Shown here piece by piece: positions 1 to 10,239 of a stretch of 64,000 bases of DNA. Position numbers and translations under genes: made by a program. A model generated the notes under the pieces. That model saw nothing but the letters and a program-made list of their open reading frames with translations, made no database searches and was not told the DNA's origin. This stretch comes from a virus. Each line of letters opens with the position of its first letter. The stretch's first letter is position 1. The stretch lies in the IMG/VR virus record IMGVR_UViG_3300044615_000494. One strand, 5' to 3'.

Positions 1-2
1 GC

Positions 3-3000
3 TTCACCTGCAGTACCATTTGAGGTATTTGCAACAGGAGCAGTACTCCAAACTACAGTGTTTGCATTGATGACAGGTAATGCAACAAACGTTCCGTTAC
101 CATTCAATACATTACTTACATTACCATCTAAGTTTGTTGCTACGATATTACCAAATGCACTTGAACCGTTAGCAAAGTTGATTGCTACTGTATTACCGGG
201 TAGTGTTAAGTTACCACTTTGGTCAAATGTCCAATCAGAATAAGTTCCTGGTGTAACTGTAGGTACACTCAACGTCAAACCATTGCTGCCGTCGTCACCT
301 ATAACAACATCATTTGGTAAGACTATATCGCCAGTATTTACAAACGACCAAGTCGCAGTAGTGTTACTACTATCGCTAACTATCGTCACATTACCATGAG
401 CATATAGATTTGCGTTGGAATCGCCGATTAGACTTAATCCCGTGATATTTCCACTATCATTTGCTTCAAGTGTTATGCTTACGTTAGCAATAACGCTTGT
501 GGTGTCTGGCAGAGTTAAGTTACCATCAATACCAAATTTCCATTGTGCTGTATTACCAGCATTGTCATCACTATTGATAACAATATTACCTGTATTTGCT
601 AACTTAACAAAGAGGTTATCACTACCTAAAAACAACTCAGTTTGATACAAGTTGCCACTAGTCAAGTGAATATGATCGCCGTCACCCGCTGTAGGATAAA
701 CTAACAATTTTTGATTAGTAATTGAACCACTACCGTGTGGGTTCAGTGTAATAGTATTACCGGGATTGCCACTTGGAGTAAATCCTTCACTGTAGATAGA
801 ACCACCTGCCGGTAATGTTAAGTTGCCGTCTGTACCAAATACCCAACTACTTGTATTACCGGTGTTAGCAAGATTGGTAGTCAATGTCATATTAGCATCA
901 GTTGCCATCTCGCCGGTATCAGCGTAAAAAACTATCTTGTCGCCACTGAACCCAGACAAGTTTAAGTAGTCTGCTTGTATAGCAAGATTAGCAGGACCTG
1001 CTAATGAAACATCTGTAGATTGTATAGTAGGAGTCGAGCCACCAAAGATATTTAAGTATGGATCAGTATTACCTGCTACGTCACGTGGGAAGTTCAAGTT
1101 ACCATTTTCGTCAAATGTCCAACGAAGGGCTATACCATCACTTTCTTTTGTGTTTTCAATGTAGACTTGAGGCTTATCTATTAGATTATCTTTGAACGAT
1201 ACGTTTAGACGAGAAATCGCAGTATTAGATCCTGTGATACTATCTTCTACATATAGATCCCATACACCTGCTGTTTGGTATTCTACTGTTTTGACATTGG
1301 CAAATGTTGTTGTAAATGTGAGTGTGTCAGAACTTATGTTGCCATCATTACCAAATGTCCAAGCCTTTCCGTTACTATGAATGACTGCTTGATTGTTTGC
1401 GCCTGATGTAATCTCAAACGCAGTATTTTCACCGCCTAAGAATATATTGGCTGCTGGATCATCAATGTTACTGAACGCATATGCACGTAAGTGAATATGA
1501 CCAGGAGCCGTTGGATCCAATACTAATACTTGACTGTTGTAGTTAGCATCTGGTGTCAATGTCATTGTGCTGACATTTGGAAGTGTTGGGTCTAAACTAC
1601 TGTTAGCAATACTGTAAATTACGCTATTACCGTTTGGTAATACTAAGTTACCGTTAGCAGTAAAGTTCCAAATATTAGCACTGGGTCCGACAGCACCGGT
1701 TAATACTACAACATCTCCTGCGCCACCGCTTGGACTGTTTATGTAGATTGCTGATAAAGCACTTGCGTTACTGATATCATCTATCCATTGTAGTACAGCA
1801 CTACCGTTACCTTGACTGACCACACCAAATGGTGTGTTACTTGCTAATATAGCATCAGCACCAAATATACTTCCTATTACTACGTTACCACTTGGCAATG
1901 TCAATAAGCCATCTGTTCCAAATGTCCAAGTACTTGTGCTATTCGCTGTGATAGTCACATTGCCATCAACAGTTGCGATATCAAAATTACTATTACCATT
2001 TGCTATCGGTAGTGATGCGATACCAGACGGACCTGTTGCACCTGTATCACCTTGTGGACCAGTAGCACCAGTCGCGCCATCACTTCCGTTAGTACCTGCT
2101 GGGCCAGTGGCACCTGTTGCTCCATCACTTCCGTTAGAGCCAGCTGGACCAGTAGCACCTACAGCGCCTACAGCACCTTCTTCTGCCATTACGCTCCAGC
2201 GAACTGGATCATCTGGTGGCGCACTACCTGAATTACCATCGCCTATCTTGATGTATGAACTACCGGCATATGATACAACATCTCGTCCGCCGACATATGT
2301 TGTTGGTATAGGTTGCCAAGCACCCTGCCATACGAAACCTGGACCTGATGCGCCTGTTGCTCCATCACTTCCATTAGTACCGGCTGAGCCTGTTGCGCCC
2401 GTAGCGCCATCAACACCTGCTGTGCCTGTAGCACCAGTGGCGCCATCACTTCCGTTACTACCTGCTGGACCTGTAGCACCTGTAGCGCCGAACCCACCTG
2501 CTGACACCCACGTGCCATCGCCGGCAAGAACACTACTCACATTACCATCAAGATTAATATTTGCTATATTACCAATAGTACCTATGTTACCATTTGTGAC
2601 TTCGATATTATCAACAACTAATGTATTTCCGTTCGCTGTGAGTACAGCATTGCCTAATGTAATTGTGTTACCTGTTAACTGATCAAACAGAGTGACAGGT
2701 GCTCTAGTCAACGTAAACAAGTATATAAAAACATTACTTCCCGGAGCACTATCTACTGGAATATTAAAGTCAACATAACCAGATACAGGAGTTGTTGTTG
2801 ATATTGTATTTGTAACTGTCAATACAGTATTTGCAGGTGCACCACCTGTCAATAATTTAAATGAATCGTTTATTTTTAAAGATTCAAATATAGGTATGAA
2901 CACAGAATTGTCATTTGTTCTTATATACAATTCACTTGCAGTTGTCCACTCTACGAATGATATCCCTCCGATTCCTTCGCCACCGTCAATTAGTTGAGAA

Positions 3001-3920
3001 GTAGATAATTGACCAGAGTCAGATACACTGAGTGCTATGTCACCTAAATGTATTGTACTGTTGGCTAACCAGATATCTTTCCAACGATTTGTAGTATTAC
3101 CTAGATCATATGTAACGTTACTGATTGGATTCAAATTCGATAACACGCTTGTACCAACGCTCAAATAATCCATGTCAACTCTAGTGACTGTCATTACTCC
3201 ATCAGCAGGATTGTATTGTAGATTATCGTCAGCATCATTATGTAATGTAGTGTCACCGGGATCAGTAGTTAATACAATGTGGTAACTATAATTGTTGTTG
3301 ACTGCTTCTACTTCAACATTAGTAGCAGTACCTATAAAGTAATTTGCTGTGATATTACCTGCATTGCTGATGTTGAATCCATTAGCATCTACATTGGCAG
3401 TAAATGTATTATTAAACGCACCGGTAGCACCAGTCTCACCGGTCGCTCCTGTAGCACCTATAGTTGATGCGGGACCAGGTGGTCCTATAGGACCTGTCGC
3501 GCCTTCAGGGCCTGTTGCACCAGTAGCACCGTCATTACCGATCACACCGGTAGCACCTACCTGATCTACCCATCCTAAACTGCCATTACCGAACGTAGCA
3601 AGAACTTGACCTGCTGTACCACCTAACATAACAAAGTTGTTGGGGTAACCTACGTTTGTAGTTCCTACAACCGTCAATCCTGTTAATGTACCTACAGTAG
3701 TGATATTTGGCTGTGATGCGTTGATTACATTATATGCAAGATTTGCTATATCTGCGCTAGCAAAAAGATTACCACTCTCTCCTAAAATAAAGTTAGCAAG
3801 AGTCGCCACTGTGACTTTATCTGTGATGAACGTTCCGTTAGTACTAACGATAGGCATCAAGGCTTGTGACGTTAAGTTGCCATTGATGTTTGGAAGTTGT
3901 GATATTTTTATATTTGCCAT
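3..3920 (-). CDS. Long tail-fibre/receptor-binding-like protein with collagen-like segments, a CBM5/12-like module and repeated W-x-F-xxx-G-x-L-x-LP motifs; 3' end truncated by the window edge (>1306 aa)
   Basis: Hand translation from ATG at 3920 (MANIKISQLPNINGNL...). Frame spot-checked near 3, 1980 and 2700 with no stop seen. G-A-T/G-P-x runs near 3410-3560 and 2020-2500; WQGAW...DVVSY...RW module; 8 WxF repeats. Absent from the ORF track because no stop lies in the window. Confidence 0.85.
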   Translation of the reverse strand, partial: MANIKISQLPNINGNLTSQALMPIVSTNGTFITDKVTVATLANFILGESGNLFASADIANLAYNVINASQPNITTVGTLTGLTVVGTTNVGYPNNFVMLGGTAGQVLATFGNGSLGWVDQVGATGVIGNDGATGATGPEGATGPIGPPGPASTIGATGATGETGATGAFNNTFTANVDANGFNISNAGNITANYFIGTATNVEVEAVNNNYSYHIVLTTDPGDTTLHNDADDNLQYNPADGVMTVTRVDMDYLSVGTSVLSNLNPISNVTYDLGNTTNRWKDIWLANSTIHLGDIALSVSDSGQLSTSQLIDGGEGIGGISFVEWTTASELYIRTNDNSVFIPIFESLKINDSFKLLTGGAPANTVLTVTNTISTTTPVSGYVDFNIPVDSAPGSNVFIYLFTLTRAPVTLFDQLTGNTITLGNAVLTANGNTLVVDNIEVTNGNIGTIGNIANINLDGNVSSVLAGDGTWVSAGGFGATGATGPAGSNGSDGATGATGTAGVDGATGATGSAGTNGSDGATGASGPGFVWQGAWQPIPTTYVGGRDVVSYAGSSYIKIGDGNSGSAPPDDPVRWSVMAEEGAVGAVGATGPAGSNGSDGATGATGPAGTNGSDGATGATGPQGDTGATGPSGIASLPIANGNSNFDIATVDGNVTITANSTSTWTFGTDGLLTLPSGNVVIGSIFGADAILASNTPFGVVSQGNGSAVLQWIDDISNASALSAIYINSPSGGAGDVVVLTGAVGPSANIWNFTANGNLVLPNGNSVIYSIANSSLDPTLPNVSTMTLTPDANYNSQVLVLDPTAPGHIHLRAYAFSNIDDPAANIFLGGENTAFEITSGANNQAVIHSNGKAWTFGNDGNISSDTLTFTTTFANVKTVEYQTAGVWDLYVEDSITGSNTAISRLNVSFKDNLIDKPQVYIENTKESDGIALRWTFDENGNLNFPRDVAGNTDPYLNIFGGSTPTIQSTDVSLAGPANLAIQADYLNLSGFSGDKIVFYADTGEMATDANMTLTTNLANTGNTSSWVFGTDGNLTLPAGGSIYSEGFTPSGNPGNTITLNPHGSGSITNQKLLVYPTAGDGDHIHLTSGNLYQTELFLGSDNLFVKLANTGNIVINSDDNAGNTAQWKFGIDGNLTLPDTTSVIANVSITLEANDSGNITGLSLIGDSNANLYAHGNVTIVSDSSNTTATWSFVNTGDIVLPNDVVIGDDGSNGLTLSVPTVTPGTYSDWTFDQSGNLTLPGNTVAINFANGSSAFGNIVATNLDGNVSNVLNGNGTFVALPVINANTVVWSTAPVANTSNGTAGE

Positions 3921-3925
3921 CTAAG

Positions 3926-5539
3926 TTATCCTATACGCCAGTCAGTACCGTCACTATAAACCGGAACTCTGTTACTGCCGCCACCTTCTACTTGTGCGGC
4001 AAAATTAGTTGCTGCGGCTAAATTCGCATCTGTAATAAATGATCTAGCACCTGTACCTGCTGTTGCCGCCGCGGGCAAAGATGAAAATGTTATCGGCTTT
4101 GTTCTAATTATATTATTTGCTACTACATTATTTGATGTAATATCGCCGGTAACTGCTAATGCTGTTAGTGTACCGACTGAAGTGATATTTGGTTGTGCCG
4201 CAGTTGTTACTGTACCGGCAGTAGTTGCTGAACCTGATGTTGCTACACTTAAGTTTGCTACTTGGGTAGTTGATGTTACTACAAGAGGAGCAGTACCCGT
4301 TGCTACAGTTGAAATCAACTGACCAGTTACATTAGCATTGCCTGCTGTTATGTTACCGGTAACTGTTAATATATTTGTAGTTTTATTGAATGTTAAGTTA
4401 GCACTACCATTTGCGATTGATGAATCATTAAAGATAATCTGTGTATTAGTGCCTGCAACCGGACCAGTAGCACCAGTAGCACCTATGCCAGTAGCACCAG
4501 TAGCACCTATGCCAGTAGCACCAGTAGCACCTATGCCAGTAGCACCAGTAGCACCTATACCTGTAGCCCCTGTCGCACCTATACCTGTTGCACCAGTAGC
4601 ACCTATGCCAGTAGCACCTGTTGCACCAGTAGCACCTGGTACTGTTACTGCGCTTGCGAACACACCGTTGCCGAATAATACATTACTACCATTACCGTCT
4701 CTATTCAGTAACGCAACGTTACCTAATCCTGTGATGTTGGCTACAGGCAGATTAGTTAACCCGCTACCGTTACCTGAGAAAACACCACCGGCTGTAATAT
4801 TATTTGCTATAGATAAGTTTGCAGGAAGATTAACACCTATGACACCTGCCCCCACTACAGGACTTCCTGTTACTACTAATTGACTGCTTGATATACCTAC
4901 GCTAGTGACTCCGCCACCACCACCAGTTGAACTTATTGTTACTTGACCAGTGTTACCGGTTAACGTGATGCCCGATCCAGCATTTAATCTAGTCACGCCT
5001 GCGTTAGTGATAGTGATAGTGCCGGTGGTTGTGATAGGACCACCTGCAACGCTAATACCTTCACCCGGGCTTACAGCAACACTTGTTACAGTACCCACGC
5101 TATTAGCATTAGCAATATTAACTACTCTACCATAAGTATCAACAGTTACAGTGGGATATGTATAAACACCCGGGGTAACGTTCGCACTTGCTAATGATAA
5201 TGTAACGTTTCCGGCATAGCCGCCACCCGATAGTCCCGTACCAGCAATTACGCCTGTTATACCGCCGCCATTGCCGCCTCCGCCTGTATTGATAATCCTA
5301 ATAGCACCGTTAGCATTTTCTAGTGCTATACCCGTGCCTGCTAGTAGATTTGCTGAGACTACGGTATTGTTTACATTGTTTACGACTGTGATACCATCGC
5401 CTGCTACGACTTTGCTAGCATCAGCAAATATCCTGTCGAAATTAGTGTTTACTTTTGTAAATGCGGTGTATAGACTATCGCTACCTGTGCTTTCGTTAGG
5501 TAGGCCTATATTGATCTGTAAATTTCCTGAAATAGCCAT
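3926..5539 (-). CDS. Collagen-like tail fibre/baseplate-associated protein (537 aa)
   Basis: Gly/Thr/Asn-rich beta-repeat composition, (GATGATGI)n block, C-terminal [11 protein letters not shown] fibre-tip-like motif; AGGA RBS and upstream TAAATA. Confidence 0.8.
   Translation of the reverse strand: MAISGNLQINIGLPNESTGSDSLYTAFTKVNTNFDRIFADASKVVAGDGITVVNNVNNTVVSANLLAGTGIALENANGAIRIINTGGGGNGGGITGVIAGTGLSGGGYAGNVTLSLASANVTPGVYTYPTVTVDTYGRVVNIANANSVGTVTSVAVSPGEGISVAGGPITTTGTITITNAGVTRLNAGSGITLTGNTGQVTISSTGGGGGVTSVGISSSQLVVTGSPVVGAGVIGVNLPANLSIANNITAGGVFSGNGSGLTNLPVANITGLGNVALLNRDGNGSNVLFGNGVFASAVTVPGATGATGATGIGATGATGIGATGATGIGATGATGIGATGATGIGATGATGIGATGATGPVAGTNTQIIFNDSSIANGSANLTFNKTTNILTVTGNITAGNANVTGQLISTVATGTAPLVVTSTTQVANLSVATSGSATTAGTVTTAAQPNITSVGTLTALAVTGDITSNNVVANNIIRTKPITFSSLPAAATAGTGARSFITDANLAAATNFAAQVEGGGSNRVPVYSDGTDWRIG
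4464..4640. repeat. 24-bp tandem repeat (about 6.5 copies, CCAGTAGCACCAGTAGCACCTATG-like) encoding GATGATGI
   Basis: Read directly; first three units identical, later ones with mostly synonymous changes. Confidence 0.9.
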
Positions 5540-5540
5540 A

Positions 5541-5579
5541 ATTTAGTCCTGATACTGTATTTATCAGTATGGACTAAAT
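5541..5579 (-). promoter_or_regulatory. 15-bp hairpin with a TAAATA late-promoter motif in its loop; 3' arm covers the RBS of the fibre gene
   Basis: Minus strand ATTTAGTCCATACTG-ATAAATA-CAGTAT(CA)GGACTAAAT, then T-ATG. Confidence 0.75.
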
Positions 5580-5890
5580 GAGCTTCCGCATCCGCAGGTT
5601 GTTTGTGCTTGTGGGTTACTAATACTAAATCTGCTGCCGTTTAAGTCTTCTTTATAGTCTACTACAGCATTTTCTAGATACTGCATCGAAATAACATCGA
5701 CCAGGACACTTGAGGATAATGCAGGAATTTCCCAATCGTCTTCTGCTTTTTCAGTAGTAATCTCAAAACCATATTGAAAACCCGAGCATCCGCCCCCTGT
5801 AACATACATTCTCACATGTGTGTTGGGGCTATTCTCTGCGGAGACTATCTCTGCTAGTTGTTTTTGAGCGGATTCTGTTATTGTGATCAT
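5564..5890 (-). CDS. erpA: A-type Fe-S carrier (IscA/ErpA/HesB family)
   Basis: GGGCSGFQY and C-terminal CGCGSSF motifs; start reassigned to MITITESAQ (ATGA overlap with upstream stop). Confidence 0.9.
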   Translation of the reverse strand: MITITESAQKQLAEIVSAENSPNTHVRMYVTGGGCSGFQYGFEITTEKAEDDWEIPALSSSVLVDVISMQYLENAVVDYKEDLNGSRFSISNPQAQTTCGCGSSFSPY

Positions 5891-6435
5891 TGTGTATTTA
5901 TTTGAACATCCCACAATTCTGTGAAAATACTCATAAAATAATCAAAACCTAGATTGGCCTCATCTGCTAGATCATTGCTTAGTTTATCATTAAACGCTTT
6001 AATCAATCCGGCTCTGTCAGTAAATTGATACATGTATCCGTTTCCAGGAACTACCCTAGCCATCAGTTTGCCACCGTATAAGTCACCCATATGTCTGACA
6101 TATACGTGAGCCATGAGTAATTTAGAGTTTTCCTTGCTTAGTTTATCTAGATGTGCTAGATATGCTATAGTGCTGGGCATCAAATCACGATCAACTATGA
6201 TACCTAATTCTTCCATATCTTTACAGATAGCATTATATCGGTCTAGATCAGGCATGCCCTCAGTAATACCATGCTCGTTGCTTAAATCTTCTATCTTTTT
6301 ATAAATGTGTTTGAGTTCATACAGATAATCTATATACATCACATCGTTAAACTTGCCCTCAAACATTGTTTGAATCAATGGTAGTTTTTCGATTTCCCTA
6401 TGTTTAGCCCAAGTAGCATCTTTTAAAATAGTCAT
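5887..6435 (-). CDS. Heme oxygenase (biliverdin-producing family)
   Basis: N-terminal H-x-x-x-E (HREIE) and AHVYVRHMGDLYGG motif; GAGG RBS. Confidence 0.85.
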   Translation of the reverse strand: MTILKDATWAKHREIEKLPLIQTMFEGKFNDVMYIDYLYELKHIYKKIEDLSNEHGITEGMPDLDRYNAICKDMEELGIIVDRDLMPSTIAYLAHLDKLSKENSKLLMAHVYVRHMGDLYGGKLMARVVPGNGYMYQFTDRAGLIKAFNDKLSNDLADEANLGFDYFMSIFTELWDVQINTQ

Positions 6436-6461
6436 ATATTAACGCCTCATCAGTATTTAGT

Positions 6462-7409
6462 TCAAATTCCGGACTTAGGAATAGTTTTCGGGCGTGTTAA
6501 ACTATAATCTGCTATGTCTATATCTGCCCTATCACATAATTGTATTTTCATCTCAGTAGGCAAACTTAGCCACTCAGTGGTCCTCCTCTGCTTAGGTACT
6601 GATTTTGTATGCCCCGCATCCTCATCAGATATTTTAGGTATCTCAAATTCATTGGACCCTTCTTTGAAAATAATATCATTGGGTCTTATTATTTTTCCAG
6701 TGACAACATTACCAGTGTAACCATAGAACAATTGATTTCTAGATTGAATATATCCCATGTTCTGATGCGGATCCCAATTCATGAATTGAGGTATTATCGT
6801 GTCAGTATGATGAGGGTCAAAAAATCTTGTTCCATAAATGTCTGCTGCTAATTTCCCTGCGATCCAATTAAAATCGTTGACGAAATAATTTTCAGTTCTT
6901 GATGCTATATGTTGCCATTCACTTTTGTTGCCATAGTTCTGATTCAATATATCCATGTTACCCAATTCATCTAATTTTTTTGCAAAATCTTGCGGTTTGA
7001 TGTTTACGGTAGTGCGATATATTATGTCAGGTCTTATGAATGTGACCGTCTTGTACTCTATTTTATGGTCAATTTCATATCTTCTTTTTGCAGTAGACAT
7101 GATATGATCTAGATAGGCTAGTCTCCAATAATTTACAGCGTTTTGACTAAAAACAGTTGCGCCGTTGCGATCATTCATTACTGACATCGCATTGAATTTT
7201 TTATAAGTATCTTCATTCTCTATGTGTAACATTTTTACATTACACCCATTGAAATCTTCTTTTAATTGCTCAGGTGCTCTAGTATTAGACTTCCAGAAGC
7301 AGATATACCAATCTGGCATACCCCATGCTGAATTATGAAATTCAATGATATCTTTCTTTACAAAGTTCCAAGTTCTAAGAGAACCTCGTATGAATATTGC
7401 GTGTTTCAT
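6462..7409 (-). CDS. Hypothetical protein, possibly glycosyltransferase-like
   Basis: N-terminal AIFIRGSLR and internal FIRPDI motif typical of putative GT-like phage proteins; lies next to a nucleotidyltransferase. Confidence 0.45.
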   Translation of the reverse strand: MKHAIFIRGSLRTWNFVKKDIIEFHNSAWGMPDWYICFWKSNTRAPEQLKEDFNGCNVKMLHIENEDTYKKFNAMSVMNDRNGATVFSQNAVNYWRLAYLDHIMSTAKRRYEIDHKIEYKTVTFIRPDIIYRTTVNIKPQDFAKKLDELGNMDILNQNYGNKSEWQHIASRTENYFVNDFNWIAGKLAADIYGTRFFDPHHTDTIIPQFMNWDPHQNMGYIQSRNQLFYGYTGNVVTGKIIRPNDIIFKEGSNEFEIPKISDEDAGHTKSVPKQRRTTEWLSLPTEMKIQLCDRADIDIADYSLTRPKTIPKSGI

Positions 7410-7864
7410 TTTGGCAGTATGTAAAGTTTTAAATTAAGACGCATCGCCCACCATATGAATTTGCGTGTGTTATCCGTTCGAGGATAGATAGTTCGTTGCG
7501 GCAGAACATCTTTTAATTTAGATACAGATGCAGCCCACTTAATGATAGCTCGGGGGTTTCCGGCTATCCAGTTAACTGAATTCGAGTCTTTCACCAATAC
7601 TTCGTCACCGCGAAAGTCTTTGGTGTATCTGTATACATCAAGAAAATTTGAGTCTAATTTTTCCCATATGAGTACTACGCTATTGCAAGGAGTATCAGTC
7701 CATACTAACAATCTATCTATGAGTAGTCTTTCTAGTTCAAGTCCTAGTACCGTGATCCTGTCATATAGACTATCATATTGTTGCAGATCATGGTAAATGA
7801 TCTCTATATCATTTGCGTCACGTATGTGTTCTACTGTTTTTGGATCTGACGTTATACAAATCAT
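7406..7864 (-). CDS. Hypothetical protein
   Basis: 152-aa ORF translationally coupled on both sides (ATGA overlaps). Confidence 0.7.
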   Translation of the reverse strand: MICITSDPKTVEHIRDANDIEIIYHDLQQYDSLYDRITVLGLELERLLIDRLLVWTDTPCNSVVLIWEKLDSNFLDVYRYTKDFRGDEVLVKDSNSVNWIAGNPRAIIKWAASVSKLKDVLPQRTIYPRTDNTRKFIWWAMRLNLKLYILPK

Positions 7865-9243
7865 GAATTTTTCTCATAATTGTCTAAAAAATATTGAAGA
7901 TCACCGGGCGTTCCTAACCCCCACATCTTGTCTATGTGCTTGATCTTTATCTTTTTATTGTCTTGTATCGCTTCATTGAATACCGGACATACGTAAAATT
8001 CGTTGTTTGTTCTTATATTCTTTTCTATCATAGATGTAGCATATTTGACATAATCGCTTCCATGCTTCCAGTAATATACACCACATGTAGCATTTGAAGA
8101 TATTGGTTTCTTTTCTGCTACTTCGCACACTAGGCCGTCGTCACCTAATTTAGCAAAAGACCATTTAGGGTGAGTCGATTCAAATGTCAATATACCGCCG
8201 TCTATGCTGTCAGCAGAGAACGCATACATGCAATCATTAGCACTCCACTCTAAAAACTGATCTGCATTAGATATCAATAATGGATTAGAATTATTGATCA
8301 ACTCTTTAGCCATTAGTGTCGTACAAGCAGCACCTTCGGTGACACCGTCTATCTGTATGATATCGCATCCCGGACTTATTAGGCTTAACACTTGTTTCAG
8401 ATTGTATTTTTCATAGTGTTCTTTTTGAACGATGAAGATGTAGTGTGCTTCTATGTTTAAATTTTCGACAACTACTTGTATCATTGGTTTATTGTTGACT
8501 TCGATCAGTGGCTTGGGAAATATGTATCCTGCATCTGCAAATCTGCTACCTAATCCTGCCATAGGAACTAATACATTCAAGGTACTGTCGCGCCATGGCA
8601 CGCTATTGATAGATTGAGTCTTGTTGTCTATCTTTTGAACTTCATTTAATATCATATCTAGGTTTATTGATGTGCTATTTTCAACGGCTAACAGATTTGC
8701 CCCGCTGTTTAACGCAGCAGTCCTACCCACATGACTATCTTCTATTATCAATGTTTCAAGAGCCGTTGTATTTAACCTTTTCATACACTGCCAGAAGATT
8801 TCGGGATAAGGTTTAGGTCTGGATACGTCTTCGTTGCTTAAGAATACGTCAACATATTCAAGCACCCCTAATCTTAATAAAGATATCTTCACTGAATTTC
8901 TAATGCTATTGGAGCATACTCCTATCTGATATCCTTTAGACTTTAGAGTAGAGAATATGTTTATCAACCTATCATCTATAGTTAACATGTCAAGTACATC
9001 AATAGTCGCTTTTTGTTTTTCACGCCATATGAAGTCAAAATGCTTAGGATCTAGATTTTTTTCTTTGTTTAGTATCTGTAACTTCTTAGTAGTGCTTAGT
9101 CCATCATATTTTGCTAGATGTTCATTTTTAGATATAACTAAGGAGGGGTCTATCTTTTCGATAGCACTATTCAATGTATCGTAGTGCATCTCTCTGCTGT
9201 CTATCAATACACCATCTAAATCAAATATTATACATTTTATCAT
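7861..9243 (-). CDS. Fusion of HAD-family phosphatase and sugar nucleotidyltransferase (GT-A/NTP_transferase)
   Basis: N-terminal IIFDLDGVL, KPYP and IIEDS HAD motifs; C-terminal VPMAGLGSRF...PKPL; start at MIKCII. Confidence 0.88.
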   Translation of the reverse strand: MIKCIIFDLDGVLIDSREMHYDTLNSAIEKIDPSLVISKNEHLAKYDGLSTTKKLQILNKEKNLDPKHFDFIWREKQKATIDVLDMLTIDDRLINIFSTLKSKGYQIGVCSNSIRNSVKISLLRLGVLEYVDVFLSNEDVSRPKPYPEIFWQCMKRLNTTALETLIIEDSHVGRTAALNSGANLLAVENSTSINLDMILNEVQKIDNKTQSINSVPWRDSTLNVLVPMAGLGSRFADAGYIFPKPLIEVNNKPMIQVVVENLNIEAHYIFIVQKEHYEKYNLKQVLSLISPGCDIIQIDGVTEGAACTTLMAKELINNSNPLLISNADQFLEWSANDCMYAFSADSIDGGILTFESTHPKWSFAKLGDDGLVCEVAEKKPISSNATCGVYYWKHGSDYVKYATSMIEKNIRTNNEFYVCPVFNEAIQDNKKIKIKHIDKMWGLGTPGDLQYFLDNYEKNS

Positions 9244-9680
9244 TTTATCAATGCCACATAGTCGCTGCATATTCCATAACAATTTGCATCTTTAGCATTT
9301 CGCAGTTCTCCGTCATGCCAATTTGGCATCACGCATATGCTATGATCAGTCAAACGATTGTTAGGGTATGTCCATATATATCCATGGCTGGTCAATGTGA
9401 AGTGATCTTCTTGATGCCAAAAATAGTTAAGTTCAGTTTTTGATAGTTGATATAATGCATCGATGTTCTTTGCATGTATCCAAAGACCGGGCTTTGAAAG
9501 AAATGATATATCTGTTTGATATAACGGCATGTCATGCCCTAGGTACCAGACATCGTTTATATACCATACGTCAACTTCAACATCAAAACCTTTGTGTAAT
9601 GCAATTGTTATTTGCATTTTAGAATTTTCTATATCAGGATTAGGGCCGTTAGTAAGACCTCTATGCGCTATTAATTTCAT
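9240..9680 (-). CDS. Glycerophosphodiester phosphodiesterase-like (GDPD/PLC-like) protein
   Basis: IAHRG...EN, VEVDVW and terminal GICSDY motifs. Confidence 0.8.
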   Translation of the reverse strand: MKLIAHRGLTNGPNPDIENSKMQITIALHKGFDVEVDVWYINDVWYLGHDMPLYQTDISFLSKPGLWIHAKNIDALYQLSKTELNYFWHQEDHFTLTSHGYIWTYPNNRLTDHSICVMPNWHDGELRNAKDANCYGICSDYVALIK

Positions 9681-9690
9681 GTTTCCTCAC

Positions 9691-10239
9691 TTATAAACTT
9701 TGACCCCAACGTGTGGATATTCTGTTCCAATCTATGATTTTCCATAATTGTTTTAGATATTCTTTCTTATCACTACCATAATCTAGTATCCACGCATGTT
9801 CCCACCAGTCCACCAATAGAAGTATGTCATTTTTAACTTCGTGATTAGTTATAGTTTTTATGGATCCGTCAGTAGAAAGATATGCCCATCCGGATCCTTG
9901 TATTTTCATAGCAGTTTCTTCGAACTTTTGCTGAAACTCACCGTAAGTTCCGTAATGTTTTTCTATAAAATTAGCGATAGGTCCATTGGGTTTATTGATG
10001 ACCCTTGCTTCACGGAATTGTTCGAACCAAATATTATGCAAGAACACTCCTGCATAGTTAAAATCCCTATCCCCTTCTTTGTTGTTATAACGTTTAGCAT
10101 AACCCTTTGCTAGTTTGTTATAATGAAGGTCAACGGTATCATCGCTCATCACAGGTTTAACATCTTTCCTTGTGAATTTGAGCGGGAATATTTCTATGTC
10201 TTTCGGTTTCCCTTCAAGCAGTGGTATTAATGATAGCAT
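9691..10239 (-). CDS. sod: Fe/Mn superoxide dismutase
   Basis: Metal ligands retained (LHY, LHNIWF, DWWEHAW); GSGW motif; start MLSLIPLLE lies 5 nt after TAAATA. Confidence 0.9.
   Translation of the reverse strand: MLSLIPLLEGKPKDIEIFPLKFTRKDVKPVMSDDTVDLHYNKLAKGYAKRYNNKEGDRDFNYAGVFLHNIWFEQFREARVINKPNGPIANFIEKHYGTYGEFQQKFEETAMKIQGSGWAYLSTDGSIKTITNHEVKNDILLLVDWWEHAWILDYGSDKKEYLKQLWKIIDWNRISTRWGQSL

Noticed and set aside
3-5539. Diversity-generating retroelement targeting the fibres
   Set aside because: No reverse transcriptase or adenine-specific TR/VR pair in the window
58-5546. Plus-strand ORFs such as 1834..2682 and 4338..4883 (PVAPVAP repeats)
   Set aside because: Antisense shadows of the Gly-X-Y fibre genes; no RBS or promoter
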